The notes beneath the pieces were generated by a model. It saw only the letters and a list, made by a program, of their open reading frames with translations, was not told the DNA's origin and did no database searches. Shown piece by piece: positions 48,243 through 59,284 of a DNA stretch of 64,000 nucleotides (position 1 is its first letter; each line of letters opens with the position of its first letter). Origin of the DNA: Patescibacteria group bacterium (GTDB lineage: Bacteria > Patescibacteriota > Dojkabacteria > GCA-002793355); the NCBI GenBank assembly GCA_016860985.1, contig BOKM01000001.1, forward strand, positions 317,716 to 381,715, read 5' to 3'. Made by a program: the position numbers and the translations under genes.

Positions 48243-48307
48243 ATGGGCAAATGTGAAATTATTGTGAACAGCGTACTATTTTTTGAAACGGCAGTCAAGA
48301 ATTTTTT

Positions 48308-48904
48308 CTAAAGATAGTCAATAATCATCCTAGACCAATATGTGAGCTCATCTCGATGTTCCTTCAAATACTCTATCGTCATCCAACCAACAGTCTCTAA
48401 ACCTTCTTCCCTAACTTTGGCCGAATTATTACTAACTTCAAATACATACACGACACCGACATGAACACTGTTTACAGGATTATCATCGAGATAGATTACC
48501 CCTAGAAAGGTCTTTTTTATCACGTCAAAGTCTGTTGTCACCTCTTCACGCAATTCACGTTGCAGTGCTTGTTGGATACTGTCCTCTGTCGAATTTTTGT
48601 CGAGTTCAAACTCAGAAACATGACCCCCTAAAGGTAAAGGACATAATGAATTTAAGCGTTTTTCGTTTCTGTTCACTTGTTTGTGCAGGTAGTAAGTCTC
48701 GCCAAATTTTAATACGACTTGAGGGATGATTTGAAGGTATTCTCGGTTTTCTTCCAAATCTGCTCGCAGTTTGAATTCAGACTCAGTGAGCAACAACTTA
48801 TAAATCTCGTCAAGATTTTCCTGCTGAAAGCCTTCCCAAGAACCTGACCTAAAGAAAGTATCCTTTTTTATACACAAAATTTCTTTATCAAATTTTCCTG
48901 CCAT
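48308..48904 (-). CDS. NUDIX hydrolase (YmaB-like)
   Basis: QIIP, LGGHV, ALQRELREEV, VNSVHVG. Confidence 0.85.
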   Translation of the reverse strand: MAGKFDKEILCIKKDTFFRSGSWEGFQQENLDEIYKLLLTESEFKLRADLEENREYLQIIPQVVLKFGETYYLHKQVNRNEKRLNSLCPLPLGGHVSEFELDKNSTEDSIQQALQRELREEVTTDFDVIKKTFLGVIYLDDNPVNSVHVGVVYVFEVSNNSAKVREEGLETVGWMTIEYLKEHRDELTYWSRMIIDYL

Positions 48905-48943
48905 CAGGAAGTTTAAACAATATGTTACTTAATTGCAAAAGTT

Positions 48944-49381
48944 CTAACCTTTTAGATCTCCTCGTAATTCTGCAGTATCTTCAGACTCACCTTTATGACG
49001 TCTCGTAACACCAGTAACACGTATGGTGTCACCTGAACATTCTATATATGACCCCTCATCAACATTCAACTCTCTTTCAAACACCTCTTTTTGCTTATCT
49101 CTCCATGCCTCTAAAAAGGCATCTTCTGATTCAAACGTTTGCGGAAAGTTATAAGAATCGCGAAGGTGGAGCCACTGGTTATGTGGTGATATGGCAATAC
49201 AAAGTGGCCGAGTTCTTATCTGGCGGTTCACAAAATAGTTTCGGGACACTCTTGCATCACGCTTTAAATCAAACATCACAGAAGATTCGTCTTCAGCAGA
49301 AACTAAAATTTCCGTCAAAGTGAGATACTTTTCAACGGTACCAGTTTGTTCGTGTAATACAAGAACAGAAAATTTTGCCAT
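48944..49381 (-). CDS. hypothetical protein (orphan)
   Basis: 145-aa ORF. Confidence 0.55.
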   Translation of the reverse strand: MAKFSVLVLHEQTGTVEKYLTLTEILVSAEDESSVMFDLKRDARVSRNYFVNRQIRTRPLCIAISPHNQWLHLRDSYNFPQTFESEDAFLEAWRDKQKEVFERELNVDEGSYIECSGDTIRVTGVTRRHKGESEDTAELRGDLKG

Positions 49382-49403
49382 ACAAATTTGAACTGTTAAT
49401 CAA

Positions 49404-50045
49404 CTAGGCTGCTGCTTCTGCACCTTCTGCTGGAGCTGCTTCTGCACCTTCTGCTGTTGCTGTAGTATCGGTTCTTAAGAATGCTTCAACCTTTTGGAGT
49501 GGTCTGATGGTTACAACAGTGAGTGTTCGGTCTTTCTCACTTGCGAGTTTGATTTTCTCAATTCCAGGAAGTTCAGAAACAAGTACGCGAGCACCAACAT
49601 CTGTAAGCTTCGAAATATCAATAACGATCTTTGAAACGATATTTTCACTGTTTGCAGTAATTCGAAGCTCTGGAAGGTTGGTAATAAGAACACCAAGGTT
49701 GTTCTTTACAGCTGGCGAGACACCTTCGGTTACAATTGGAACTCGTACGGTTACGTGGCTCTTTGGTGTAAGCTCTGTGAGTGAGAAGGCTTCTACTTTA
49801 TTGTTGAGTGGGTTCACATACAATTCTGAAACGACAGTTGTGTAAGAATCTTTCTCGTCAACAATAAGTTTGATTACTTCTGATCCAGGTGCTTTTACCA
49901 AAGCGAGCAATGCTGTTTGATCTGCCTGTACCAATACTGTGTCTGCACCACTTCTGCTAACACTACCTGGGGCAATACTCTGAGCGAGTAACCCTCTGTT
50001 GCTTTTTCCGAGTACAGTTCTTGTTTGTGCTTTAAGTTCAATCAT
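49404..50045 (-). CDS. rplY: 50S ribosomal protein bL25/Ctc (divergent)
   Basis: MIELKAQTRTVLGK, VRVPIVTEGVSPAVK..GVL, IDISKL..VG; start 50045. Confidence 0.8.
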   Translation of the reverse strand: MIELKAQTRTVLGKSNRGLLAQSIAPGSVSRSGADTVLVQADQTALLALVKAPGSEVIKLIVDEKDSYTTVVSELYVNPLNNKVEAFSLTELTPKSHVTVRVPIVTEGVSPAVKNNLGVLITNLPELRITANSENIVSKIVIDISKLTDVGARVLVSELPGIEKIKLASEKDRTLTVVTIRPLQKVEAFLRTDTTATAEGAEAAPAEGAEAAA

Positions 50046-50062
50046 AATGTTTCTTCGTAGGT

Positions 50063-50533
50063 TTACCACTTAAATTGTGCAAAGGCTTTGTTTGCTTCTG
50101 CCATCTTTTCTACCATTTCACGCTTCTTAACTGCTGCACCTTCATTCTTGTAGCCAGCAATAAGCTCTTCTGCCAAGAATTTGTGAACAGGCTTTCCCTG
50201 CTTTTCTCGAACAACAGTAACAATCCACTTCAATGCAAGTGCAAGACCTCTGTGTTCGGTTACTGGAACAGGTACCTGATAGTTTGCACCACCGATACGT
50301 CGTGTTCTGACTTCGAGCTTTGGCATTACGTTTGCAATAACTTGGTCAATAAGATCTTTTACTTCAATCTTTAATGTTCCAGCTGCTGATTCTAGCGCTT
50401 CATACACAATCTTTGTTGAAGTTGCCTTTTGACCATCTTGCATCATGTAATTGATGAATTTGGTAACAGTTGCAGAACCGTACTTTGGATCTGGTTGGGC
50501 TTTTCTTGCGAGTGATACTTTCTTTCCTCTCAT
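50063..50533 (-). CDS. rpsG: 30S ribosomal protein uS7
   Basis: PDPKYG, EVRTRRIGGANYQVP, KMAEANKAFA. Confidence 0.98.
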   Translation of the reverse strand: MRGKKVSLARKAQPDPKYGSATVTKFINYMMQDGQKATSTKIVYEALESAAGTLKIEVKDLIDQVIANVMPKLEVRTRRIGGANYQVPVPVTEHRGLALALKWIVTVVREKQGKPVHKFLAEELIAGYKNEGAAVKKREMVEKMAEANKAFAQFKW

Positions 50534-50548
50534 ATTCTCTTCAATAAA

Positions 50549-50971
50549 CTAAGATTCTGCTCTGTCTGATTTTTTACCGTAGAGTGATCGGCCTTGCTTT
50601 CGGTCCTTTACGCCTTGAGTATCAAAGGTACCACGTACGATTGTGTACTTAACACCTGGCAAGTCAGGCCTTCTTCCGCCTCTAATCATAACGACAGAGT
50701 GTTCCTGAAGGTTGTGACCTTCTCCCGGAATATAAGCAATGACACGCGCACCATTTGAAAGACGAATCTTTGCAACTTTTCGTTGCGCTGAGTTTGGCTT
50801 TCTTGGCGTCTGAATGTACACCTTAAGACAAACACCCTTTTTAAAAGGTGCCTTTGTTTTAACAACTTTATTTTCAAGTTTGTTAAACGAGAACGCCAGG
50901 GCTGGACGCTTAGATTTTTTAACGCGCTTCTGGGATCGACCCTTTCGCACGAGTTGGTTAATTGTTGGCAT
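50549..50971 (-). CDS. rpsL: 30S ribosomal protein uS12
   Basis: [32 protein letters not shown]; TAATG coupling to rpoC. Confidence 0.98.
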   Translation of the reverse strand: MPTINQLVRKGRSQKRVKKSKRPALAFSFNKLENKVVKTKAPFKKGVCLKVYIQTPRKPNSAQRKVAKIRLSNGARVIAYIPGEGHNLQEHSVVMIRGGRRPDLPGVKYTIVRGTFDTQGVKDRKQGRSLYGKKSDRAES

Positions 50972-53900
50972 TAGACCGATAGTTCTTCAAGCTTATCTAT
51001 CTCGCTGATTATAGCCCTTTTTCCCACTGGAATCAAGCGACCGATAATGACATTCTCCTTCAAACCACGGAGGAAGTCAGTTCGACCGACAACTGCAGCT
51101 TCAGAAAGGACCTTTACCTGTTCCTGGAACGACATCGCAGCGAGGATACTTTCTGCGTTCAAGGAAATGACGGTAACACCGAGCAATCTGGTGACATACG
51201 TCATCGGTTTCTTCTCTTGCTTTTCTAATTGCTCATTATGGAAGTCAGCCAAGAATCGGTTTACAAAGGTACCTCTTGTGTACCCTGTGCCACCTGCATC
51301 CACAATCTTTGCAAGTTTTGTCATTTGACGGGTAATAATTTCAAGATGAATATCTCGAAGGTTTACTCCATAGTCAAGGAAGACTCTCTGACACTCGTCG
51401 AGCACATATTTTTGTGCTGCGTAGAGGCCTTTGTAGTCTGACAATACCTTTGGATCAACGCTTCCACTCGTCAATTGCTGACCTCTTTCGACCGTATCTC
51501 CGTCGTGTACTAACACTTCGCCGTAAGATGGGATTGTAAGTGTTTCTTGCGCTTTTGTTGACCCAACCACATAAATGGCATTACCATTGATTTGGATTTC
51601 TCCATCAAATGGCGATTTAACTTCTTTGCCATTACTCATGGTAAAGATAACATCACCAAGTGATACTTCTTTTTTATCTTCTACATGCACTGTGTCATTC
51701 TCTTGCACAACGTACCCTTTTTTCTGTTGACGTTCACCGGCGATAATAATGTTCTTTTCGGTTACTTGTACTTTTCCAGAGATTGAAGCAAGAAGTGCGG
51801 GGAACTTTGGTTCACGTGCTTCGATGAGCTCAACAATACGTGGAATACCCGACGTAATGTCAGAACCTACACCACCTGCGTGGAAGGTTCGGAGCGTCAT
51901 CTGTGTCATAGGCTCAGAAATTGACTGAGCTGCGATAACACCGACCGCTTTTCCGAGTTCAACTGTTTTATAAAGTCCGAAGTCGTAGCCGTAACATTTT
52001 GCACACATGCCGACTGGTGCTTTACAAAGCATTGGTGATCGAACCCACACCTCGTTAACCTTTGCATCTTCGATTTCTTTTGCAAGTTCAACAGTAATCA
52101 ATTCGCCTGTTTTTGCAAGTACAGTCTTCTTTTTATCATCTGCAACGACATCTTGTGTTAAGAATCGACCACTAATTCGCTTTTCAAACGACATGTCTCG
52201 AATATCTGAGCGGCTGATAACATGACCGTGCCCTTCGTAACCACAATCTTCCATTCTGACGATTACATCTTGCGATACATCGGTAAGCTTACGAGTCATA
52301 TACCCTGATTGTGCTGTTTTAAGCGCAGTATCGACTGCACCTTTACGAGCTCCACGTGCAGAAACAAAGTACTCATAGGAGTTCAAACCTTCTGCGTAGT
52401 TACCCAAAATTGGGAACTGAACATAGTTACCCATAGGATCAGTAACAACACCCTGCATGGCGAGGATCTGCGCTGCCTGAGATTTGTCTCCGTTTGCACC
52501 TGCAGTAACCTGCAACTTAAGTGGGTTTTCGTCTTTCAATTCTGACCACACCAAGTTGGAGAGTCTTTCTGTTACATCTTTCCAGAGTTTAACAACTGCT
52601 CTTCCCTTTTCTTTTGCATCCAACATACCCATAAGGTATTGTTCTTGAATTGCGAGTTCTTTGTCCTTTCCTTCATCGATGATTGCTTTCTTCTCTTTAG
52701 AGGTTACAAGGTCAGTTTTTGACATGGTAAAGCCGGAGAGAGTTGCGTATTTGAAGGCAAGTCGCTTTGCTTCGTCAAGGAATTCAATTGCCTCTTCGAG
52801 TGTGTGAGAGATAACAATTTCTTGCAAGATATTGTTTCCTGCTTTCTTTGTCATAATCTCGTTTACAAAGCGGAAGTCTTTTGGTAGCAATTCGTTGAAG
52901 ATCAATCGACCAGCGCTGGTTACAACGGTGCCAATCTTTTCGTCAATAAAGACTCTGACTGGTTGTCGTAACTCGAGTTCTCCCATGTAGTGAGCGCGGA
53001 TTGCATCGTATCGAGTTGCGTACACTGGGTAATCTGTCTCGTTTTCTTTTTCGAGTTCAACATCAAAGCTTGTAAGGTTGTACAACCCAAGTACCATGTC
53101 CTTAGCAAAGGAGATGATTGGTGTACCGTCTGCAACCTTAAGCAAGTTATAACGTGACAACATCTTGTCTTTTGTTTCTTCCAAGGCTTCATTGCTGAGT
53201 ACCAAGAAGACTGACATCTGGTCACCGTCGAAGTCTGCGTTATAGCCAGGGCCAACCAACTGGTTAATACGGATTGCGCTTCCTTCTACCAAGATTGGTT
53301 TAAAGGCTTGAATGTTGTATTTGTGAAGCGTTGGAGGTCGGTTCAAAAGTACTGTTCGAGTACTGATGACTTCTTCGAGAATATCCCACAAACGGCTGTC
53401 ATATGCCTCGATAAGGTCTTTTGCTTCTTTGATAGTTGCTGCAATACCCTTTGCAATCATTTTGTGAACAACAAATGGTTTGAACATCTCTAAAGCCAAA
53501 AGTTTCGGAAGACCACACTGCTCAAGCGACATGTTTGTATCTGGAATAATAACGGCACGACCAGAGTAGTCGACACGCTTTCCAAGCAAGTTTCTTCGGA
53601 ATCGACCTTTTTTACCACGAAGCCCTTCTGTAAGTGACTTATAAGGAATGCCCATTCGGTTAAGAACTGGCTTGTTAAAGCGGTGCTGGTTATCAATCAA
53701 CGCATCAAACGCTTCTTGAAGCATTCGCTTTTCGTTTCGGAGGATAATATCTGGTGCACCAATTTCCATCAATTCTTTCAAACGATTGTTTCGGTTAATG
53801 ACACGTCGGTACAAATCGTTTACGTCAGAGATTGCAAAACGACCACCGGCTAACGCGACGATTGGTCGAAGATCTGCAGGAAGAACGGGAACAACTTTAA

Positions 53901-54849
53901 GAACTAGCCACTGTGGGTTAAGACCGTTTCGAAGGAAGCCTTCGACAAGTTTTAGTCTTCGCTCAACCTGAATTCGTGCTGCACCTTTTGTGGTGTTGTA
54001 CAAATCTTCGAGTTGCTGCTTTAACGCGGCAAGGTCAAGGTCTCCGAGTAATTTCTCGATTGCTTCTGCACCCATTCCAACCGTAAAGAATTTGGTTCCG
54101 AGTTGGATAAGTTCTCGATAGCTCTCTTCAGACACTACTGATTTGTAGTGTAATTCTTGAACTGAAACTTTGAGCGCTTCGTATTTCTTGGTGATTTCAT
54201 CTTTTGCATCAACAACTTCCTTTTTGAGAAGTGCATTCTGCTTTGAAATCATGTCTGCATCTTTTTCGAGTTCTGCTCTATCTGCATCTGCGAGTTTTTT
54301 ACTCTCAAGTTTCTTACGTGCATCTGCAAGTTTTGCACCAAGCTCTTGAAGACGTGTTGCGTATTCGTTATCAACTCGCTCAAGTTCTGACTTAAGAATT
54401 TCTTCAACCTCTTTAAGGGCTGCTTCTTGCTTTTCTCGATCAATTTCGGTGACGACATAACGAATGTAGTAAATGACAGAAACAAGCTTCTTTGAAGGAA
54501 TGTTCAAGAGGATTGCAAGTTTTGCTGGAACACCGTAGGCATACCACACGTGAACGACTGGAACGGCGAGCTTAATATGCCCCATTCTTTCTCGGCGGAC
54601 TTTCGCTGGTGCGATTTCAACACCACACTTGTCACATACAATACCCTTATACTTCTTCTTTCTGTACTTTCCACAGTAACACTCGTAATCTTTGATTGGA
54701 CCAAAGATTCTTTCACACATTAACCCACCTGGTTCTGCTTTTAAACTTCGGTAGTTAATTGTTTCTGCGGTTTGGACTTCACCGTATGACCAGGAGAGCA
54801 TATCTTCTGGTGACGCAAGAAGCAATTTAATTGCTGAAAAGTCTTGCAT
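50971..54849 (-). CDS. rpoC: RNA polymerase beta' subunit
   Basis: Zinc finger CYCG...[35 protein letters not shown]. Confidence 0.99.
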   Translation of the reverse strand: MQDFSAIKLLLASPEDMLSWSYGEVQTAETINYRSLKAEPGGLMCERIFGPIKDYECYCGKYRKKKYKGIVCDKCGVEIAPAKVRRERMGHIKLAVPVVHVWYAYGVPAKLAILLNIPSKKLVSVIYYIRYVVTEIDREKQEAALKEVEEILKSELERVDNEYATRLQELGAKLADARKKLESKKLADADRAELEKDADMISKQNALLKKEVVDAKDEITKKYEALKVSVQELHYKSVVSEESYRELIQLGTKFFTVGMGAEAIEKLLGDLDLAALKQQLEDLYNTTKGAARIQVERRLKLVEGFLRNGLNPQWLVLKVVPVLPADLRPIVALAGGRFAISDVNDLYRRVINRNNRLKELMEIGAPDIILRNEKRMLQEAFDALIDNQHRFNKPVLNRMGIPYKSLTEGLRGKKGRFRRNLLGKRVDYSGRAVIIPDTNMSLEQCGLPKLLALEMFKPFVVHKMIAKGIAATIKEAKDLIEAYDSRLWDILEEVISTRTVLLNRPPTLHKYNIQAFKPILVEGSAIRINQLVGPGYNADFDGDQMSVFLVLSNEALEETKDKMLSRYNLLKVADGTPIISFAKDMVLGLYNLTSFDVELEKENETDYPVYATRYDAIRAHYMGELELRQPVRVFIDEKIGTVVTSAGRLIFNELLPKDFRFVNEIMTKKAGNNILQEIVISHTLEEAIEFLDEAKRLAFKYATLSGFTMSKTDLVTSKEKKAIIDEGKDKELAIQEQYLMGMLDAKEKGRAVVKLWKDVTERLSNLVWSELKDENPLKLQVTAGANGDKSQAAQILAMQGVVTDPMGNYVQFPILGNYAEGLNSYEYFVSARGARKGAVDTALKTAQSGYMTRKLTDVSQDVIVRMEDCGYEGHGHVISRSDIRDMSFEKRISGRFLTQDVVADDKKKTVLAKTGELITVELAKEIEDAKVNEVWVRSPMLCKAPVGMCAKCYGYDFGLYKTVELGKAVGVIAAQSISEPMTQMTLRTFHAGGVGSDITSGIPRIVELIEAREPKFPALLASISGKVQVTEKNIIIAGERQQKKGYVVQENDTVHVEDKKEVSLGDVIFTMSNGKEVKSPFDGEIQINGNAIYVVGSTKAQETLTIPSYGEVLVHDGDTVERGQQLTSGSVDPKVLSDYKGLYAAQKYVLDECQRVFLDYGVNLRDIHLEIITRQMTKLAKIVDAGGTGYTRGTFVNRFLADFHNEQLEKQEKKPMTYVTRLLGVTVISLNAESILAAMSFQEQVKVLSEAAVVGRTDFLRGLKENVIIGRLIPVGKRAIISEIDKLEELSV

Positions 54850-54851
54850 GT

Positions 54852-57800
54852 TTACTCCTCCTCCTTCATGTTAACTTCTTCTTCAGGCAACTCGTCTGCT
54901 ACGAGTACTTCCTTGTTTTCTGACATTGGAACATCATCGTCGTCTGCTTGCGCATCTTCTCGAATCAATTCTTCTGCAGCTTCTTCTCGTTCTCCTTTTA
55001 AGAGTTCGACTTTAATACCAAGAGAATTCAATTCTTTAACCAAGACATGGAACGACTCAGGAATATTGACCATCTTGATTGGATCTCCTTGAATGATGGA
55101 CTTGTAAGCTTGGGTTCTTCCTCGAATATCGTCTGACTTAATAGTCAAGATTTCTTGCAAGGTATAAGGAACTCCGTGTGCTTGCAATGCCCATACTTCC
55201 ATTTCTCCGAATCGCATACCACCGAGTTGAGCTTTACCACCAACTGGTTGTTGTGTGACAACAGAGTAAGGTCCTGTAGATCGTGCGTGCATCTTGTCTG
55301 CTGCAATGTGCTTTAAGCGGATGAAGTATCGCCAACCGACTGCAACTTTGTTTTGCAATGGTTCGCCAGTTCGTCCGTCGTAAAGAACCTGCTTTTCTAA
55401 TTTTTCGACACCAACCTTTTCGAGCAATTTTTCAAATTGCTCTTCGTCTAAATCTTCAAAGTTTGGAACTTCGAGCATTTCGCCTGCTTCCTTTGCAAGT
55501 GTTGAGTAGTACATTTGGTACAAAATACCCATGTTCATACGCTTAACCAACAACGGAGTCATAACGACATCTACAGGTGTACCATCGGCCAAGTACGGCA
55601 TATCTTCGACTGGAAGAATTGCAGATACTGTACCTTTGTCTCCATAGAATCCGGAGAATTTATCACCGTAGTCTACTCGCTTAAGCTCAGAAACCCATAC
55701 TTTAACTCTTCTCAATACGCCAGCTGGAAGTTTATACCCATCTTCTCGTGAGAGAATCTGTGTTTTTACGACAATACCTTCTGAGCCGTATGGCATTCGA
55801 AGTGAGTTATTCTTAACTTCTTTTGCTGATTCACCGAAGACAGCGTGTAAGAGTGCTTCTTCTGGAGAAAGCTGCTTTTCCGCTTTTTGCGAGATAATAC
55901 CTGCCAAAATGTCTCCACCTCGAGCAACGCTACCCGTTCGAACAATACCATCTGCGGTAAGGTTTCGAAGGAGTTTGTAGTTCAAACCTGGAATGTCTGA
56001 GGTAAGAATTTCTGGACCGGTTTTTGTCTCTCGAAGATCTTGCGTGTAAAGTTTCAATTGCACTGTGCTGAACATATCGTTTTGGATCATTCGCTCAGAT
56101 ACGACGAAACCGTCATCGTAGTTATAACCTTCGTAGGAGAGAACTGCGACCAATACGTTTCTACCAAGAGAAAGTTCACCTTGATCCATGCTTGGACCAT
56201 CGACCAGAAGGTCACCTTTTGTTACTTTTTCTCCAGGGCTTACCAATACTTTTTGAGTCATGACCGTGTTATCGTTGGTTCTAAAGAAGTTCTGTAATCG
56301 ATACTCCTTCTTTTCACCGTCTTTGTACTTCACAATCACATAGTTCGCGTCTGCATATTCAACAACACCATCGTGCTCTGCATATAATGCCATACCACTT
56401 TGTCGAGCAATTTCTTTTTCGACACCGGTTGCGACATATGGCGCCTCTGGGAATACCAATGGAAGCGCCTGCCTCTGCATGTTGCTACCCATCATTGTAC
56501 GGTATGAGTTGGTTCTATCTGCGAATGGAATAAGTGCCAAACCAAGTGAACCAATCTGCCAACCGTGAACATCTACATACTGAATTTTTTCTGAAGACTC
56601 TAAATGATAATCACCATCGTGTCGCGCAGTGATGATACCTGGCAAGTAGTTGCCGTACTCATCGTGTGGCGCACTATACATTGCGATGTATTTACCCTTT
56701 TCGTCGTGATAGCTAAAGTATTCAACTTCGTCGGTAAGGAATGGATACACTGCGATTACTTCATTCTTTGCCTTTGCAATTTCTTTTGCTATTTTTTCAT
56801 CGATAAAGGTACCTTTTGCAATTGTTTTCTTTCCGATTTCTAGATCTTCTCTCAAAATCTTATTGATCAATGCTTTTTCGGTGTTCTTTACTTCACTCTG
56901 TACTTTTCTAAACGGAGCTTCGATAAAACCATATTTGTTTAATCGTGCATATACAGAGAAGTGAGTGACCAAACCTGCGTTAATACCTTCTGGTGATGTA
57001 ACAGGACAAATTCGTGAATAGTGTGAAAAGTGAACGTCACGAACTGAAAAGCCTGCGTTCTTTGTTTGAAGACCACCTGGACCCTTTGCGGTTAATCGTC
57101 GGAGTTCTTCGATTTGACCGAAGATATTTTGCTGTTCCATGAATTTTGACAACTGAGACATGCTGAAGAAAGACTCCAACTGTGCAGAGATTGTCTTTGT
57201 ATTCATAAGGCTCGCCGGCATGACACCCTTTTCGTTTCCTAGTCGGCTCATACGATCCTTCACATTTCTTTCAAAACGAGTCATTGCATCGTTTGCAACC
57301 TCGAAAAGAATTTCACCAACACTCTTTACGCGTCGGTTCATCAAGCTATCGACATCGTCTACTGATGCCTTTCCTTCGTTTACTAATACAAGTTGTCGAA
57401 GAATTGCAATAAGGTCTTTCGTGTAGAGTTTTGGCTTCTTAAAGCTTGAGCCGAGTTTTTGATTCAATTGATAACGACCGACTGGACCGAGCGAGAATCG
57501 TCGTGAATCAAAGAAGAATCCTCTAACGTAACGGTTTGCGCGATCATAGGTTGCAACTTCGTTTGGACGAAGTTTTGCATAAATATCCATGACTGCTTCT
57601 TCTTTTGTTGTCGTGCGATCGTGTTCGAGCGTTTGTTTAATATACTTACCATTTGGATCAACATTCTTGAACAAATCGATAATTTGCTGATTGCTATAAC
57701 CCTTTAAGGCTCGAAGTAAGGTGGTTACTAGAATCTTTACACGCTGTCGGATAAGTCGAATAGTGACAACATTCTTCTTGTTAACGTCGAATAAATACCA

Positions 57801-58301
57801 TGCACCGCGTGCTGGGATTAATCGTGCAACGACTTTATTAACTTCACCTGCGGAGACCAATAATGGATTTTTCTCTTCTTGGAAAATGACACCTTCTGAT
57901 CGGACCATTTGATGTCGAACTGTACGAACAACACCGTTAATAACAAAGTGCCCTTGGTCGGTAAGAACAGGAACATCCATGAAGTAAACATCTTGGGTTT
58001 TGACTTCGTTGTCTTTAAGGTTGGTAAGTTTTGCCTTAACAAACATTGGTTTGCTATACGTAAGATCATATTCCAATGCCTCATTAAGTGTGACTTCTGG
58101 TTCTTTAAAATAGTAATCAAGAAGTTCCAGGCTCCACATCTTTTCAAGGCTATCCTTAATAGGACTTACCCCTGTAAGAAGTTGCTTAATACCTTCTTCT
58201 AAAAACCAATTGTAGGAGCGGTGATGTGCTTCGAAAAAGTCCGGGAATGAAAACTCGAACTTATTCTTTGCAAGGCTGAGTCTTTGTCGTACTTTTGCCA
58301 T
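54852..58301 (-). CDS. rpoB: RNA polymerase beta subunit
   Basis: GPGGL, RDVH, MGSNMQRQA, KMHARSTG, RFGEMEVWAL, KSDD. Confidence 0.99.
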   Translation of the reverse strand: MAKVRQRLSLAKNKFEFSFPDFFEAHHRSYNWFLEEGIKQLLTGVSPIKDSLEKMWSLELLDYYFKEPEVTLNEALEYDLTYSKPMFVKAKLTNLKDNEVKTQDVYFMDVPVLTDQGHFVINGVVRTVRHQMVRSEGVIFQEEKNPLLVSAGEVNKVVARLIPARGAWYLFDVNKKNVVTIRLIRQRVKILVTTLLRALKGYSNQQIIDLFKNVDPNGKYIKQTLEHDRTTTKEEAVMDIYAKLRPNEVATYDRANRYVRGFFFDSRRFSLGPVGRYQLNQKLGSSFKKPKLYTKDLIAILRQLVLVNEGKASVDDVDSLMNRRVKSVGEILFEVANDAMTRFERNVKDRMSRLGNEKGVMPASLMNTKTISAQLESFFSMSQLSKFMEQQNIFGQIEELRRLTAKGPGGLQTKNAGFSVRDVHFSHYSRICPVTSPEGINAGLVTHFSVYARLNKYGFIEAPFRKVQSEVKNTEKALINKILREDLEIGKKTIAKGTFIDEKIAKEIAKAKNEVIAVYPFLTDEVEYFSYHDEKGKYIAMYSAPHDEYGNYLPGIITARHDGDYHLESSEKIQYVDVHGWQIGSLGLALIPFADRTNSYRTMMGSNMQRQALPLVFPEAPYVATGVEKEIARQSGMALYAEHDGVVEYADANYVIVKYKDGEKKEYRLQNFFRTNDNTVMTQKVLVSPGEKVTKGDLLVDGPSMDQGELSLGRNVLVAVLSYEGYNYDDGFVVSERMIQNDMFSTVQLKLYTQDLRETKTGPEILTSDIPGLNYKLLRNLTADGIVRTGSVARGGDILAGIISQKAEKQLSPEEALLHAVFGESAKEVKNNSLRMPYGSEGIVVKTQILSREDGYKLPAGVLRRVKVWVSELKRVDYGDKFSGFYGDKGTVSAILPVEDMPYLADGTPVDVVMTPLLVKRMNMGILYQMYYSTLAKEAGEMLEVPNFEDLDEEQFEKLLEKVGVEKLEKQVLYDGRTGEPLQNKVAVGWRYFIRLKHIAADKMHARSTGPYSVVTQQPVGGKAQLGGMRFGEMEVWALQAHGVPYTLQEILTIKSDDIRGRTQAYKSIIQGDPIKMVNIPESFHVLVKELNSLGIKVELLKGEREEAAEELIREDAQADDDDVPMSENKEVLVADELPEEEVNMKEEE

Positions 58302-58320
58302 GACTTATTCTTGCGTCAAG

Positions 58321-59229
58321 TTAATTTGCTTTAGGCGCGTCTGTGCCCAAATAATTATCAATAACCTTCTCCATATCTGCATAAGGCCAAGCACCAACAT
58401 AGGCCTTCCCAACACAAGTAGTTGGATTATCTGCAGCGAGTTTACACACCGCGAATGCCGGAGTCCCAAAATTTTGAGCTCCGAACTTATCACCCCACGG
58501 TGTTTTGATTTCTTTGTTAATTTGCTCCTGAACACGATCTATTGCTACAAAATCACGTTTTTGCAAGCAAGTAGTAAAATCAGAAGTGTTAAGCCCTAAG
58601 TCTTTTGCAATATTTATTAATGATGATTCTTCAGAACCTTTATTATCTATTCCGAGTCCATTACCGCTTGTTAATTCAAAAATCTTTTTGTGGTAATCAA
58701 ATCCTCTGCCTTGTTCTGCTGCACAATAAAACGCAAGCGTTTCGTTTGTTGCTGCCGGTTTATGGCTTGCAACAGCGATGTATGGGGCATATGCAAACTG
58801 CATGATGCCAGAATCAATATACTTTTTCTTAATCTGATCAAAGCTTGATGGCTTTCCATCTCCGTAACCGCTTGTAAAAAGTTTACAGTAAGGGCATTCA
58901 AAATCGCTAAACTCTACAAACATATACTTGGCACCCTCTTTCTTTTCTATAGTAAGGTATGAGGTCGAAACGGTTACATCAACCAAACCTTGCTCTAACG
59001 TATCTGGAGGTGTTTTAGGCGTGTTGTCTGAACTTTTCTTACCGAAAAAGGTGAATAAACCATACCCAACAATACCTACTGCGAGTACAAGAAGTACAAG
59101 CATGGGAAGACTAAGCTCAAGTTCTACTGCATCCATTGACTTTTGGGGAGGTGTCACATCTGTCGGACGCAATTTACTTTGTTCCCGAAATTTCGAGGTT
59201 TCTGGTAATGCGTTGGTGTGAATAGACAT
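58321..59229 (-). CDS. DsbA-family thiol-disulfide oxidoreductase, membrane anchored
   Basis: TM, EFSDFECPYC, GTP cis-Pro loop, GAWP. Confidence 0.88.
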   Translation of the reverse strand: MSIHTNALPETSKFREQSKLRPTDVTPPQKSMDAVELELSLPMLVLLVLAVGIVGYGLFTFFGKKSSDNTPKTPPDTLEQGLVDVTVSTSYLTIEKKEGAKYMFVEFSDFECPYCKLFTSGYGDGKPSSFDQIKKKYIDSGIMQFAYAPYIAVASHKPAATNETLAFYCAAEQGRGFDYHKKIFELTSGNGLGIDNKGSEESSLINIAKDLGLNTSDFTTCLQKRDFVAIDRVQEQINKEIKTPWGDKFGAQNFGTPAFAVCKLAADNPTTCVGKAYVGAWPYADMEKVIDNYLGTDAPKAN

Positions 59230-59284
59230 GGCTGAGGGGATTATACACTGCGATTGTGACGAAGTCAACAGGCCAAAACAACTA

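Noticed and set aside
48230-48244. Out-of-frame ATG-TGT-CAG-CTT-TAA mini-ORF overlapping the GTG start of the 490-aa gene
   Set aside because: Could be chance or a 2-nt assembly slip (ATG TCA versus ATGTGTCA); a regulatory role cannot be supported without reads
49411-49454. 20-nt direct repeat at the end of rplY
   Set aside because: Encodes the low-complexity AEGAEAA tail; two copies only, not a CRISPR or att site
50971-58599. Numerous 60-130 aa antisense or alternate-frame ORFs over rpoBC (also over dnaK, infB, virB4)
   Set aside because: Shadow ORFs of long biased coding sequences, with no motifs or start signals
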